A stretch of 62,357 bases of DNA, filler included, from Bipalium vagum (Eukaryota): the NCBI GenBank assembly GCA_037834085.1. It is 3 parts of 3 records of this genome, joined end to end, with 100 filler letters (N's around TTAATTAATTAA, not from the genome) between each part and the next. Parts side by side here need not be neighbours in the genome. Positions count along the whole stretch, not along the records: positions 1 to 16,811 come from JBBMKC010093036.1; 2 more parts are not named here. One strand, written 5' to 3'. A program made the position numbers and the translations under genes. The notes under the pieces were generated by a model. It searched no databases, had not been told where the DNA came from, and saw only the letters and a list, made by a program, of their open reading frames with translations. Below are positions 1-13,360 of the stretch, piece by piece. Position 1 is the stretch's first letter; each line of letters opens with the position of its first letter.

Positions 1-1529
1 GCTTTCCTTGTTTGTGGAGTTCTATAATTGGTAGTCGTTTGTTTGCCATTCTAAAAACAATGATAATTACGTTCAAAAGAGATGAAACTTGAATTACAAG
101 TAAATATATATGAAAATAAATCAATAATAATCAATTCAACATGATATTAATTGTATTTATATCTGCACGGTTGTTACAAAAAAGAACGGGTTATTTCTGG
201 TCACCCTGTAAAAGCAGTACAACAAATTTAACGAATTCAAACTTGATGTTAATGCAATGAAACAAGGAGAAATGTGTATATAAGTTTACACTATTAACAG
301 GTCAAATTTAAAGTTATTAAATATTATTTTCAACTAATGAAAAAATATTTTCAACTTATGAAATTCAAAATTATAATTTGTTTAAATTTTATTTAATATA
401 AAAAAAAATAAAGGAAATAAATATAAAAGGAAAATAATATTTACCTAGGTAAGATTAGAGTTTTCATGAGATTAGTTTTTATTTATTATTAAAAAATCAA
501 CTCATAATTTCTTTTTAATGATTGGCTTCTAAATTTAAAAATTATAGACTAAATTATGATGAGATCTAGAAAACCTTTTTAAAAAAAATTAATTAAATAT
601 CATATAACCTCTGCCATAACCATTTAATAATTACTCTCACAAATAATATTTATAGGTCGTTCCGGTCCTTAAAATATTTCGAAGATTAATAAATATCGAC
701 ATGTGTCAAAATAAATCATGGTAATGACCACAAATTTTATTAAACCTCGAAACCAGAGGTCACATAGAAATTTATGTCTCTCGCTTTTGCTATTTTTCGT
801 AGCCTGTGAGAATCTCGACTACATACGAGACTTGTTAAACTTTTTATATTTTTAGTTTAATGAAAAAAATTCATGAAGATTACATTGAGAAAATATAGAG
901 AGAAATAAAAAAGATAAATGTTGAATTGTTTTTATTTTAAAACTTTTTTCTTTAGATCAATTTTTAAGAACTTTAAATAAAGTGGATTTAAATAAATTAA
1001 AACGAATTGTTAAAGAAGCTTGTGAGTTTGAAAGTACTCCAAGTGGTTTAGAAAATATTAATGAATTCTTCGAAAATTGATCGTCTAAGAGAAATATTTC
1101 TTTTTTTAAAAACTGTAGAACTGTTCAAAAAGTCTTTTTACTGTCTTTGCCTCTGTTGGGATTGTATCCTAGTTCAATTAATTATTGTAATTACTTTCAA
1201 ATAACTTTATATTAATTAATTAATTATTTATTATGATTATGTATTATTATTATCATATATATTATCAGGTAACCATGAAAGGTCTTTCAGTTATTTGATA
1301 AATGTGGATTAAGTATTTATAATACTTGTCTTTATTTTACAGAGAAATTGTTTTATAATGAAATTTCATTTTTTTGTTTTATTAATTTTCTTTGAATCTA
1401 TCAATTTCTATAAAAATTATACAATTTATATTCAAATTCAAAATGCTTATTGAGAAAAATGTAATTAGAGAACATTTTCTCTATGAATTCTAACTCGGGT
1501 CTAACGCTACAGATTCATGTCGTAGGATA

Positions 1530-2240
1530 TATCTGGTGTTTAGCGAATTAAAAATCAAAAATAAAAATAATATTAAATTAAAAATTATCTCAAAAACGGT
1601 TTGGAAAATCTTTGAACAGTGATGAGTCACTTTAAAATGCACCATGCTCTGGGAAAGTATCAGATATGAATGGCGAAGAGTTAAAAAATGTATTTAAAAA
1701 TTTCAAACTGTCATGCCAAGAGTTAACTAAAATGTTTAACCTGAATGATGAGACATCGCACATAATTTATGTAATTAAAAATCACGGAAACTGGCCAAGT
1801 GGGTTCCAGATTCATTAACAAAGGTGAACAAGCTTTACAGACTAAAACTTTGCTTTTCACATCTTTCACGATATGGTATATTATAATTTTTGGTCTTCTT
1901 GGTTACCTGTGATGAAAACTGACAAAATGTTGACAGCAAAATGTAAATATCCAAAAATTGATTTAGCTTGTTGATAGGGAAGTTCTGATTTATCCATTGA
2001 ATAGTCCAAATCTAATACCTTTTGATTACTATATGTCTCTGTAAAATTTTCTTAATGAAATTTCAATAGTTTCAAGAGAGGACTGTGGAAATTTTATATT
2101 GATATCATTATGAATTTATTAGATAAGTGGCGAAAAGGTATCCAAAAAATGAACATATTTTATTTAACAAAGTTTAAACTTTATATAAAAAAATTTTTTT
2201 TTACTTAGAAGCGCCAAAATCTTTTAGGCCACACTTTTTA
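1530..2240 (+). mobile_element. Heavily decayed, internally deleted mariner relic
   Basis: Remnants of mariner motifs: KWVP (aagtgggttcca, ~1797), VTCDE (gttacctgtgatgaaa, ~1902) and an HPxYSPDL-like tract (~1993-2030). No intact ORF; boundaries approximate. Confidence 0.55.
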
Positions 2241-3224
2241 TTTATGGAATGTGTCTTACTAAAATTTCTTAATCAATAATGTATAAGTAATTTCTTCTAT
2301 CTGAATGTGAAACCTAAAATTAATGAGAGGCTTTTTTTAATATTATGAATTTTGGCGACTAATTATGAATTGGTTACCTGCCTCCAAATTATGGAAACCA
2401 TACTAAATTTCAAGAACCTTGTGGTAGTTTGAGAGGGAGATAGAAAAGAAATTTAAAACCATGGGTCGACAAGTGGATCAATAGCCCTCGCCTCAGAATA
2501 TAAATCATTTGCTAGAACATATTTAAAGAATGATTTACTTTGATATTGCATAAGGTATATTATATATTATATATACAGTTCTTATATATTATTGTTAAAA
2601 ATAAAGTTGAGGGGATGCAAATAATTTAACGAAAATAATTTAAAGATGCAATTTCTATCTATTATTTCTTCCATAAAAATTTAAGATTATGACCAGCAAT
2701 GTTATGGAGAAAATAAACACGTGGAGACTCCCCAACCCTTAGAAACTGTAATAACAATTGTCTATATTTGTGTATTATTACAATTGGATTGTTAGCAGCT
2801 GTCTTTGAATATATTTTTTATTGTTATTTTATTAATAAGCTTATTTGAGCGTTATTTGTTTAGTGTTTTGTATATCAAAGAAATTTACAGTTAATTCATT
2901 CATTTAATTTTATACTGAAAATGTATAAACCTTCTTAACGATAAGTTCTTTGTTGTTGTTGTTGACCATTGCTTTAACCGTACTAGACAAACTTAAAGGG
3001 TAGTTATTTGATTTCTAATATATCACAACATACTTCTATACAATTTAATCAATAAGATCACAAAATAAAAAATAAGAGATTAGAAATTACATTAAGCAGT
3101 GCAGCATCATGTCCTAAAATCCTTTTTTATATAATTATAACATCAAAATTGAAAACGAATAAAAATTTTAATAAAATAACACATTTTGAATTATAAGTTG
3201 TCCAAAAAAAAATTTAATATAATA

Positions 3225-4449
3225 TTGTGTTGTCCAAAAAGTTTCCGCCGATTTTAACAATATGAAAACCGTAAGAATACTAAATTTTCAGAACTTTATT
3301 ATACTACATATGCACCATATTGGTCGACAATGTCTTACTATTTCTTTGGTAAATCTAGAATTCCATCACTGTAGAAATACTGACTTTTCGCTGTGGTTTT
3401 CGGTGTTTTCCTTTGAATTCAATTTTACACCATCAAGAAGTTCTACAGTGAACAAAACAAATGATGGCCTGACTGTGCAATACCAGAACTATATTGAGGA
3501 TGCAGCAAAATCTCCCAATCAACATCCTTCATTGTTTTCTGAGTTATCAAAGACACGTGTGGTCTTGTGTTGTCATGGTGAAGCACAAAGCCTTTCCTAA
3601 TGATCAATTCTAGCGGCTATATTGCAATTACCTGCTGTATTCTAGTTAAATGCTGACAGTAAAAAACAGTCAACATTTTGACTTGGTTGGAGTATTTCTT
3701 GGCAGATGATTCCTTTGTGATCTCATCAGATGCAAAGCATGACCTTCCTTGACGTCAATTTCGAATTTGCCACGGTTTTTGGGGTTTCGCTACATTTTTC
3801 CAAGATTTTTTTTCTAACATTGTTTTCTTATCTATTCACTTTTTGTCACCCGTCATGTTTCAAGAATAGTTCGATAGAATTTTTTTACAATAATATTTGA
3901 CATATTGAAATTTGAGCTATTAAAATTTTCGGTGTTAAATCATTTGGAATCCAGTTTCTTTAAAAAACCAGCTTTCTTTAAATGTTTTAAAACGGTTTGA
4001 TGATGAATACCAAGGTCTTCTGCGATTTTACGGCTGCCAATATGCCTGTCTTCCTCTACCTTCTAAATGATTTGATCGACTTTTTGACATATTGGCCAGC
4101 CAGAACTAAGTGTGTCCTCTAAATTTCCAGTGCGATGGAACCATTCATAGACTGTTTTATCAGATACATATCTACACTATAAACGCACCAATTTTTTTCT
4201 CAGCTCGTCTTGCATTTTTGCCTTATAAATTTTCATAAGTATCGAATTTCTTCTTTATTTATGTTCATTTCAAAATATAAATAAATTATTTTTATTAAAA
4301 ATGCCAATTTTCTTTAAGCAATTTGAATACTGCGGTAATTAAATTTATATAATTGAAATATTCAAACAAATAAAATATCAACATAAATATCTGTAGAAGT
4401 TTTTCACCGCTTATTCACAAAATCAAAGGAAACATTTTACACAACCCAA
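3225..4449 (-). mobile_element. Near full-length degenerate mariner transposon
   Basis: TA-flanked imperfect TIRs (ttgtgttgtccaaaaagtttcc / ggaaacattttacacaacccaa), 1225 bp. Minus-strand HHDNTRPH motif at ~3555-3580. The + strand ORF 3262-3600 is a shadow ORF. Confidence 0.8.
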
Positions 4450-4628
4450 TATATTAAATAATATTTATAATAATATATTTAATAATTTCTATTTTTATGT
4501 AATATATAATTTTATTTGGTTAACTTTATAATTATTTTCTTTTTATTCTTAAGAAACTAATTGTTGATTTAGGTTATAATAGAATTTTCAAAATAGTGAT
4601 GTTTTTTCAAAAAATAAAGCTTTAATAT

Positions 4629-5618
4629 TCATATATTTTGAAAAATAATTAATATAGATAATAAAATTGCTTGGATAAATAATTCAACTATTTCAATTGT
4701 TAACTCAACACGAAAGCCTTTTCCTTCCACTTTTCCCGCTTCAGTAAGTGATGGAAGCAAAAGGTTCATTATAAAATAATTTTTAAAAATTAAAGTATTT
4801 ATGAAAGAATTTAACCAATCAGAGAGATGGTTGAAAAAGTACCGCCTCACCAAAAAGCACCAAGGTGATGTCAGAATATTCCATATAATCCATGTCAGCA
4901 ACACTATAATAGCTACATATATATTTCTTCCAATCTTGGTCAATTCGGGTCCAGATATCCAAGTGGAAATTGAAATCTGCTGGAGACAAATCAGGGCCCA
5001 AAACCCCATCGTCATACATAGTAAATTCGAAACCTGTCTACTATTCAACTTCGATCGAGGTATTAATATCGAAGTTGCAGTTATGATTAAAACAATCAAA
5101 CCAAAATATTTTGAAGAATGATTTAAATCTCCATTAAAAATTTCCCATCTGATATTAAGTGTGAAAACCTTCTTATCTGGAACCAGTTGTATGACAGAAC
5201 ATTGAGGTTCAACATCGGACAATTCTTTTGTTTTGACTGATTCCAGTACTACTTCACAGGCTACATTGGTTTCAAATCGATGGACAAATGGATCCAAATT
5301 GGTTTCACAAACCAGTTCTTGAAGTGTTTTGTTGTAAGAGTGGCAATTGAACTGAACTTTACGCTTGTCACGATCGTAAAAATGCAAACTATTATAGAGC
5401 CGGCTCATTTCTTCTTGGCTTAAATCTTGGGACCCATAATCCAACACTTCATTCACATCACAAGACAAATCTCGGTCGCTAAACCTCACCTGACAGTTTT
5501 GCATATAAACCAATATTTTACCCATATTAATACTTTTAACAATTAATAAGGTTAAGCAGAAGACTAAAACAGGTCTCTTGAACATGTCTAATGTATCGGA
5601 ATGGAAAAATAAAAACAT
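4629..5618 (-). CDS. Intronless divergent pentameric ligand-gated ion channel (Cys-loop/nAChR-like) subunit with a shortened extracellular domain
   Basis: Intact 329-aa ORF. Signal peptide (likely start Met12, nt 5585); ~140-aa ectodomain with 6 Cys; pre-M1 strand VFTLNIR; three clustered TMs (aa ~171-187 ending LIP, ~196-216, ~230-250 after PELTKIG); MX-like helix SPWCFLVRRYFFNHLSDWL; C-terminal TM4. The coding status is strong; the family call rests on motif resemblance. Confidence 0.6.
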   Translation of the reverse strand: MFLFFHSDTLDMFKRPVLVFCLTLLIVKSINMGKILVYMQNCQVRFSDRDLSCDVNEVLDYGSQDLSQEEMSRLYNSLHFYDRDKRKVQFNCHSYNKTLQELVCETNLDPFVHRFETNVACEVVLESVKTKELSDVEPQCSVIQLVPDKKVFTLNIRWEIFNGDLNHSSKYFGLIVLIITATSILIPRSKLNSRQVSNLLCMTMGFWALICLQQISISTWISGPELTKIGRNIYVAIIVLLTWIIWNILTSPWCFLVRRYFFNHLSDWLNSFINTLIFKNYFIMNLLLPSLTEAGKVEGKGFRVELTIEIVELFIQAILLSILIIFQNI

Positions 5619-6329
5619 CTCTCAACTCTTCAATATATGTGTAGAAAAACTAATTTATATGCGCATACTCATTAGTCCATCTAATGACTTAGGTACTTAT
5701 TACCATACATTAACGAAGATCTTTAGGTAATAAGATTAGATTCTGAACTATTGTGATAGTGAACTTTTAGGGTTGTCATATGATAAATAGATACAATATT
5801 ATCGCAATAATTTTATTATTCGAAATTATTTATTATTCATCGAAAAAGATTTTTAAAATGAAAATAAAAATAAAATATTAATTAATTTTTATATCTTTGA
5901 TTTCGTTCACGCTGAAGGAGATCATATTTTTGTTTAATCTCGGTGAAATTGTGGCACTTTTAATTAGATTTAATTAATGAAAATAAAGCCATTACCCTTT
6001 AAAAAAATTCAATTAATTAAAACAAATATTAATTTCAGATTTCAAACATGACTTATTTTATTTCATTTCCGGAGTTTTATGATTATATATCTGACTAGAC
6101 TTGGCGTTAAAAGATTAATGAACAAAGCTTTTATGGTTCAATCTCACTGAAATTAGATCAGTAAAGTATCTCATTTCGTTTGCTAACCTTTTCAAAGGTC
6201 ATGTTTGTTTGCCAATATCTACTTGTTACACTATTAATAAATAAAATAAACTGTTAATAATGTTTGTGCCCAATGGTAATTTAAATTATAATAAAATGTA
6301 ATAAATAATATTCTGAATAAAAAACTGCA

Positions 6330-7098
6330 GCTGTAAATTTGTATTCAATATTGATTGGTTAGATATTTATCATTGATTTCAATAATCATCTGTCACCTCT
6401 AAAGTAGATTCATAAATCGCAATAGTTATTGGTTCTAATTTTAAAACTACAGACTGAGACGCTGTTGTTTTACAAATTTCAAAAGACACGAACCGTTTCC
6501 CATTAAAATCATTGTGTATCTATTGAAACAAATTTTTATCGAATCCAGTGACGTTGCCCTGGTGAAATATGTAAAGATTTTTGCAAAATTCAAAGAGACT
6601 GGGATCGTTTGTGTTATATGGAAGTCTGGAAGATCATCAATTGAAGATAGAAAGATATGCGAAATAAGTCAGGTAAAATTATCTGAAAAAAGTATCTGAA
6701 ACATCACTAAGAACTGCTGCTAAGGACGTTGAATGTAATTTTAAAGATGTAGCTAATGTAATACTAAAAAATATTCAAACTTTATCAGACTTTTCTGAAA
6801 GAATTGCAATGTACAAAAGCCTAAGTATGTAAGAAAATAAACCATCTTTTGCTTTCTTCTTTTTGAACACATCTGAAGATGCAGGTTTATAGAAGAAAAC
6901 GAAAAGATATCGAAGACCGTAAAGATATTATTAAAATTGAGGCAGATAGAATATCATCAGAAATATATTGAGGAGTATTGATCGCTTACAGACGTGTATT
7001 AAAGTCAATTGTCATTCTGTAGATAAATATATCAAATTTTAATCAATAAATGTTACCATGTTAAATGTTAAATGTCACTCAGTTCATACATAGCCTGT
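6330..7098 (+). mobile_element. Decayed Tc1/mariner-superfamily relic (rosa/maT-like)
   Basis: HTH-like FAKFKETGIV..KSGRSS in ORF 6514-6699, and a 3' end cctgTA. Resembles the element at 47471-48702. Confidence 0.4.
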
Positions 7099-8614
7099 AT
7101 AAATAAATAAAATCAATCTAAAAATATCGAATATTCATAATAAATGAAAAAGAATCAAAATTTTATCGATAAAACAAATCTCAAATAATCACTTAATTAA
7201 AACAAAATAAACAAAATTATTTTTTATTTGATTTAACGAAGTAGAGAGGAAAAGATAGATTATAAATTTAATTCCCAGATTACAAATAATAAAACAGAAT
7301 TAAGTTGAATTATCTGTTTTAAATAATTATATTTATATTTTTGAATTTATTACAAGTCGAGAGTTTTGTTTTTTTTCTATGGATATATTTCCGTCACGGA
7401 GTTTGTGTTGCGTTTGCGGAGGGAAATATTTTGCGGATTTTCCCATTTTATTTTGACTTATTCAAATTTAATAATTGAGTTTGGAGAAGATATTCGTTCG
7501 GGTCTCGGACTGCAGGAGGAAAGAAACGAAAAGGAGAAATAATGAAATTATGACGAGGGCGAAGAAATTGTTTTTCTTTAAAACATAAATTTTAAATTAT
7601 CAAATTAACAAATATATTCTTCAACTAAAAAAAATAATTGGTATCGCATTATATTTTTATTATTTATTTATTTATTACTATTTCCCCGCTGACGAGGACA
7701 AGAGTAAAATTGTTGGGAAAAGATTCAAAAGAAAATTTGTTTTAATTGTTTGGTTCAGAAAAATATTTCGGTAAATTATCTTTGGATATTATTTTCAATT
7801 TATTTTATTTTATTGATTAATATCAGTAACTCTGGAGAAATTTTATATATAAAAACCATGTAGAACAGAGATTTTCGCTAATTGTGGTCAAGTTTGGTAA
7901 TAACTATTGAAAATTAACACACACATCAATTCTCTCAACACAACATTTACACAGTAACTGTCAATAATGGTCTCAACTACATCACGATTAATGCAGGAAT
8001 AATCAACTATTCCTCATTTTATATCACAACCGATACATCATCCTTCACTTCCGGCCCGTGATATGGTTAAACTCTTAGAACGCATTCTTCTTCTCTCTAT
8101 TCTCGTTCAGGACACTCCCAAAAAAGTGACACTACTATAAATAATTAATAATCAAAGTCAAAATAATCAAATATCAATAATAATAATCGATAAATATTAA
8201 TCATCATGATCACAATAAAAATTGATAATTACGCGCTAATATTATTTGAATTAAAATTTTTTTGATAGAATTTATTATATTATCAAGTAACACACCTTGT
8301 ACCTTTAGAAAGTCTGTTCAGGTGTATTAACATTTATTGATTTAAATTCCATAAGCCTTAATAATTTATTTTTGACATTAAACATATTCAAACAAATTTA
8401 ATTCTATTTAGTAAGAAATCCAAATTCGTTCGTTGTTATTCATTATCGAAAAGAATAAATGTGAGATAAGTAATTTAACTGAAATTCTCTTTAAATAGTT
8501 CATATAACAAAAAAAGTTTTCTGATTATGATAAACGAAGATTAAAAATTATTCAATTTGAAATTGATCTGAAACATTGATTTTTCGTTGTAATATATAAC
8601 ATGTTATTTATTTT

Positions 8615-9675
8615 GGTTAAAATCGACTTTTAGCGCCACTTGTTTTAATTACCTATTTTAATTATCAATATCAAAGACAAATATCAAAAATAAGAATGTA
8701 ATCTGAATCTTAGAAACTTTATTCATATGCAAGATAAAGAAAGTAAAACAACCATTACAGTGTAATTTTTCATAATTCACATCACCCAGATAATTATCAA
8801 TATTATTTATGTGCCTCCGTTTAGACGTAATTTCTTTTTCAGAAAGTTCCAAAATGCCTCCCTGTTTTGTGTATGAACTTCTTTATTTATTGGATTCACA
8901 AAATTGATTTGGCTGTTTACGATAAAGTGCTTGAAATTCATATTTAGCAATAAATAGAGCAGATTTTAGTGCACTTTCCACTTAACTCTTATGATAGTAG
9001 ATCCAGGTAGAAGTCGTTTATTTATTATTGAAATCAGATTCTTTCGTTTCTTATTCTCAACAAGTTCTATAAAACAGTTTTGTTTGTTCAGTCGTCCAAC
9101 TCCAGAAACAACCCATAGTGGACCACTTAATTCTTGACCTATTCCATATTATTTTTTTAAAGAATAAAGATTCATCAATCTCTACGATAAATGTCTGGGC
9201 CATCAATTTGGTCATTAGCTTCCATAAAATCAAAAAGAATTGCCAGATTACCGAATTTGTGATACCACTCTGTTATAGAAGATTCAGAAATCATGTATTC
9301 ATAAGACACTTCTTGAATTGCGGTATCTTTACTCCTTTCATACATTATGAACAGAATTTTTTGAATTCCAATACTTGAATCGCTAAAAAAATGAAAACCT
9401 CTTTTTGTTCTACTTTTTTTCTACAACTAAGCAGCCTATTTCAACAATAAAGTTTTCATTTTCCAGAACATATTGTGCAATCCTTATCAAAGAGTAAAAG
9501 TCCGTTATCCTGACACGATCCTGTTGTATTCGCTAATTTTTAAATATTCGATACAAATCTTGACCTCTAACTTCACTTAAATTAGTCTTAAATATAAATA
9601 AAGTAATCATAATGTAAACAAAAAACATTAAAATAGATAATTAAAACAAGTGGCGCCCAAAGGTCGGTTTTAACA
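8615..9675 (-). mobile_element. Merlin (IS1595/ISXO2-like) DNA transposon, degenerate
   Basis: ~36-bp TIRs (ggttaaaatcgacttttagcgccacttgttttaatt and its inverse); perfect 8-bp TSD TTTATTTT (8607-8614, 9676-9683); minus-strand IVEIDESLFFKK...LWVVSGVGR motif. Confidence 0.85.
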
Positions 9676-9844
9676 TTTATTTTATCATATTTAATTTTGA
9701 ACGAAATTTAAAAACACAAAATATCATTTGGTTTCCATGACAATCTCAAAATAAATTTAGTTAAACAAGGAAAGAATATTTAATGAAAGATATTTATTTT
9801 TTACGAAGTAACACCAAAATCGAAGCTCATTTTTAAACACTCTA

Positions 9845-10900
9845 CGAGGGTTACTTGAAAACTAATGATAACATATTTTTTTAAAAATAGTTTACACTAA
9901 ATATAAATGCGATTTGAACGTTGATTAATGCTGTTTATTGGTCCTACGATATGCGATGGTTGCTCGAAAAATATTGTTTGAAAACTTGCCAAAAGTTAAT
10001 AGTACATAGCCTAATTACGACAGATATTACATTTGTTCAAAGTAGTTCCCATTTTTAACGGTCTTTCCATTGTTCGAATCAAGAAACAATCTTCTTTAGG
10101 TACATGTTCAATATACTGATATATGACTTCCCAAGTTGACTTCGACTTTTATAGCTATACCAATGAGGTTAACTTTTAGTCTACCAACCAATCAAAAATC
10201 ATATGGACCTAAGTAAGAATTGTGACGTGAGTGTGGGATCAAAATTATTCCCTGTTGTTCTAAGAAATGTGATTTGTGAGAGGGTGCGTTATCATGATAA
10301 CACTGATCGTTTTGATACTTACTGGCATACATATCTTTCACGTAGGGCAAAACAGTATTGCAATAATAATTTCCAGTGGAGTTGGGATTTCTGACAGGAG
10401 TTGGTCACCGTTGTATAAGAAAATTGCATACATCATCTTATCCCTTGTTTTACCACTGAGAAAGATGTTTCTTCCAGCAATCCAGAGCATATTTTGATGC
10501 TCTCTTTTGGTTTGAAATAGTGTATCCAAGTTTCATCACAAGTGACAGTTCAAAGACCTAGGTTTTTGTTCATTTGTTGAAAATGATTGAACAATGATCA
10601 CTCTTTCCTTCTTTTGCAAATCAGTGAGTAAATGTGGTATCTATAGGAAACAAAGATTTTTCAGTTGTAAATGACTGCAATATTTCATGGATGTTTGCAA
10701 TTTCAATGCACGTTATGTTTTCAATATCACAGATGGTAATAACATGACTCTCAATGACAGTTTACTGGATAGTCTTGACACTTTTAGGTGTTAGCAGATG
10801 ACGAGGACGCGAGAGGACCATGACATGTATAATGAGACATCGTCATATATAGCAAACAATTGCTTATAAATACCATATATATCTTATCGATTGATAAAAA
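9845..10900 (-). mobile_element. Degenerate mariner
   Basis: TA-CGAGGG terminus at 9843. Minus-strand mariner-like remnants (YHDNAPSH ~10277-10300, ITCDETW ~10525-10545). Far end approximate. Confidence 0.65.
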
Positions 10901-11929
10901 AGAAATTCGCACTCAGTAAATAATTACATTGGCATTATTTAACCAAAACAGGTAATCTAAAACATTCATAACTAATCAATTATACAAAATACAAAAATCG
11001 ATAAACTATAAATAGATTATGCATAATCAGAATAATAATGATTGATTATTAATTAATTAAAAAATAAGCGATGAAGGTTGTATTATTGTTGCTTTCATAA
11101 CAACACCCGAATATTATCTAATAATATTAACCTATGATAATATAACTTATCCTTCTTAAATTATTTTATTTATATAATTTCTTTTTTTAACAGTATTTTT
11201 GCTTAATAATATTTTTATATTATAAAATATGATTAAAACTAATATCACTCACATTATCTTGTGCCAAAAATTTTCTCACTGGCCTCATTTAATTGAAAAA
11301 ATAATTGTAAATTATACATTGTACAAAAATGGAAAATTTTGGAAAAAACTAAAATTTTCAAAAACGTTTGGACTCGAAATGATTACTGAAAAAACGGGAT
11401 TAAAATTTAAGGGATAAACCCAATGGAAAGCCTGGATGGAGCTCGACTTCTTTGGGACAGGTGTTGGAATATGTCCATGGTCGTGCTGGGTTGCGTTTCG
11501 TCTGCGACGTCCCCTTTATCGCCAATATTGAAAAAGAATTTTTAATAAAAAGAGAATTTCCCTCCCTGTTGAAAAATAACGTCGTCAGATGATATTATAT
11601 ATATAAATAATATTAATAATAATAATTTTTCGCTCAAAAAATTATCATTTTAAATTTAGGAAAACAAAAAATTGATTTTAGATCAATTTTCTTGATTTAT
11701 GAAAAAATATTTTTCAGTTCAGAGAAATTTTTAATATTGGGAATAAAAATTAATTTTTCGAATTATCATTTTTTTACAGAAAAAATTGACTTGCGAATAT
11801 TATTTCCGTCTTTTAGTCTTGAGTGCCGGTCCAAGCATCACAGGGTACAGAGAGGCCTTTCAGGTTTAAAGAAAGGGGTGGAATTTTTTGACAAAATGTC
11901 ATTTGAAAATGTTTGAGGTCATCCTATTT

Positions 11930-12340
11930 TCCGCCATATATAATTTGACCAGGAAGATCTAAGAAAAAATTCGATAATCAACAAATACTCTTCATCCGGT
12001 TTAATTGCTCTTCGCTATCGATCTGGTAGTTGAAGAATTCCTCTCTGATAGAAACCTATAGGCTTATTGGAAAACGGGGTAATCCAAGTGGTTCTTGATG
12101 GCTTCCAATGAATCTAGCGTCCTACAGGTTAATGACCTTTCGATGGATAAGAATTAATGGTAATCCGAATAGACAAGGACTGGTGAGTAAAGGCGGTAAG
12201 TGAGTCATACACCAGATTTTTTTGCCGCTTAATCATTGAAACGTGAGGTCTTGCATTATCATGACTTAGAACAACGTGTTCTCAATTGTGGGCTTTTTAC
12301 ATCGATATTCATTTTATGGTCTGTTAATATTTTGCTGAGA
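11930..12340 (-). mobile_element. Mariner 3' fragment
   Basis: Minus-strand HDNARPH (~12243-12263) and a PPxYSP-like motif (~12180-12205). Confidence 0.6.
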
Positions 12341-12898
12341 ACAATGTTTAATTATTAAATTATTATTATTATTATTTTTATTATTATTATTATTATTATT
12401 ATTAATTAAATAATTATACAATTCATTGAAATATTAATATAAAAATAGTAATTTAATTTATTAAGACAGTAATACTACAATAAGACAAGATTTTAATGAT
12501 AAAAATAATAATATTATTATTATTATCATATTACAACCACTACACCAGTGATACTGTGGGCAGTTAATACATCGTTAATTTTTATTATTTATCAAACATT
12601 GTTTCCCCTGGAAAATTCTCCCAGCGTTGACAATCCCCAAAGTTTTTATCTCTTTCTCAGATATTTTCCACAGTGTCCATTATGGAAATATAGTGGCAAA
12701 TTGCTTTAGACATCTTCTGTAATGAAAATAGAAAAGCTAAGGAAATTCATAATTAATGTCTAATATAATTAATTTATTTTGATTAAAAAATTAATTAGTG
12801 ATATTTATGATATAATTTCCCCAAAGTTAAATAAATAAATTTGATATAATTTGAAATATATAAATTTATATTTTATTTTATTATTTTATTATTTTATA

Positions 12899-13039
12899 NN
12901 NNNNNNNNNNNNNNNNNNNNNNNNNNNNNNNNNNNNNNNNNNNNNNNNNNNNNNNNNNNNNNNNNNNNNNNNNNNNNNNNNNNNNNNNNNNNNNNNNNNN
13001 NNNNNNNNNNNNNNNNNNNNNNNNNNNNNNNNNNNNNNN
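12899..13039. other. Assembly gap (141 N) flanked by ATTTT low-complexity DNA
   Basis: Direct observation. Confidence 0.99.
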
Positions 13040-13360
13040 TTTATTATTTTATAATTTTATAATTTTATAATTTTATTTTATTATTTTATTATTTCATTAT
13101 TTTATAAATTTTTTTTTTAATTTTATATTATATTGTATTTTATTATATTATATTTTATTATATTATATTTATTTTATTATATTATATTTTATTATATTAT
13201 ATTAAATTGTTTTTATTTAATTGTTTTATTATTTTATTATTTTATTATTTTATTATTTTATTATTTTATAATTTTATAATTTTATAATTTTATAATTTTA
13301 TTATTTTATTTTATAATTTTTTTTTATTTTAATTTTTAAATGTTATTTAATTATTTTCAG

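Noticed and set aside
7681-7720. Hammerhead-ribozyme-like CTGACGAG with flanking ttccc/gggaa
   Set aside because: No closing stem II followed by GAAA, and no stem III or cleavage triplet. The CTGATGA hits at ~14008 (minus) and 14961 also fail; the latter looks like a transposon end.
12851-13054. ORF-track entry spanning the gap
   Set aside because: Made of Ns and low-complexity DNA.
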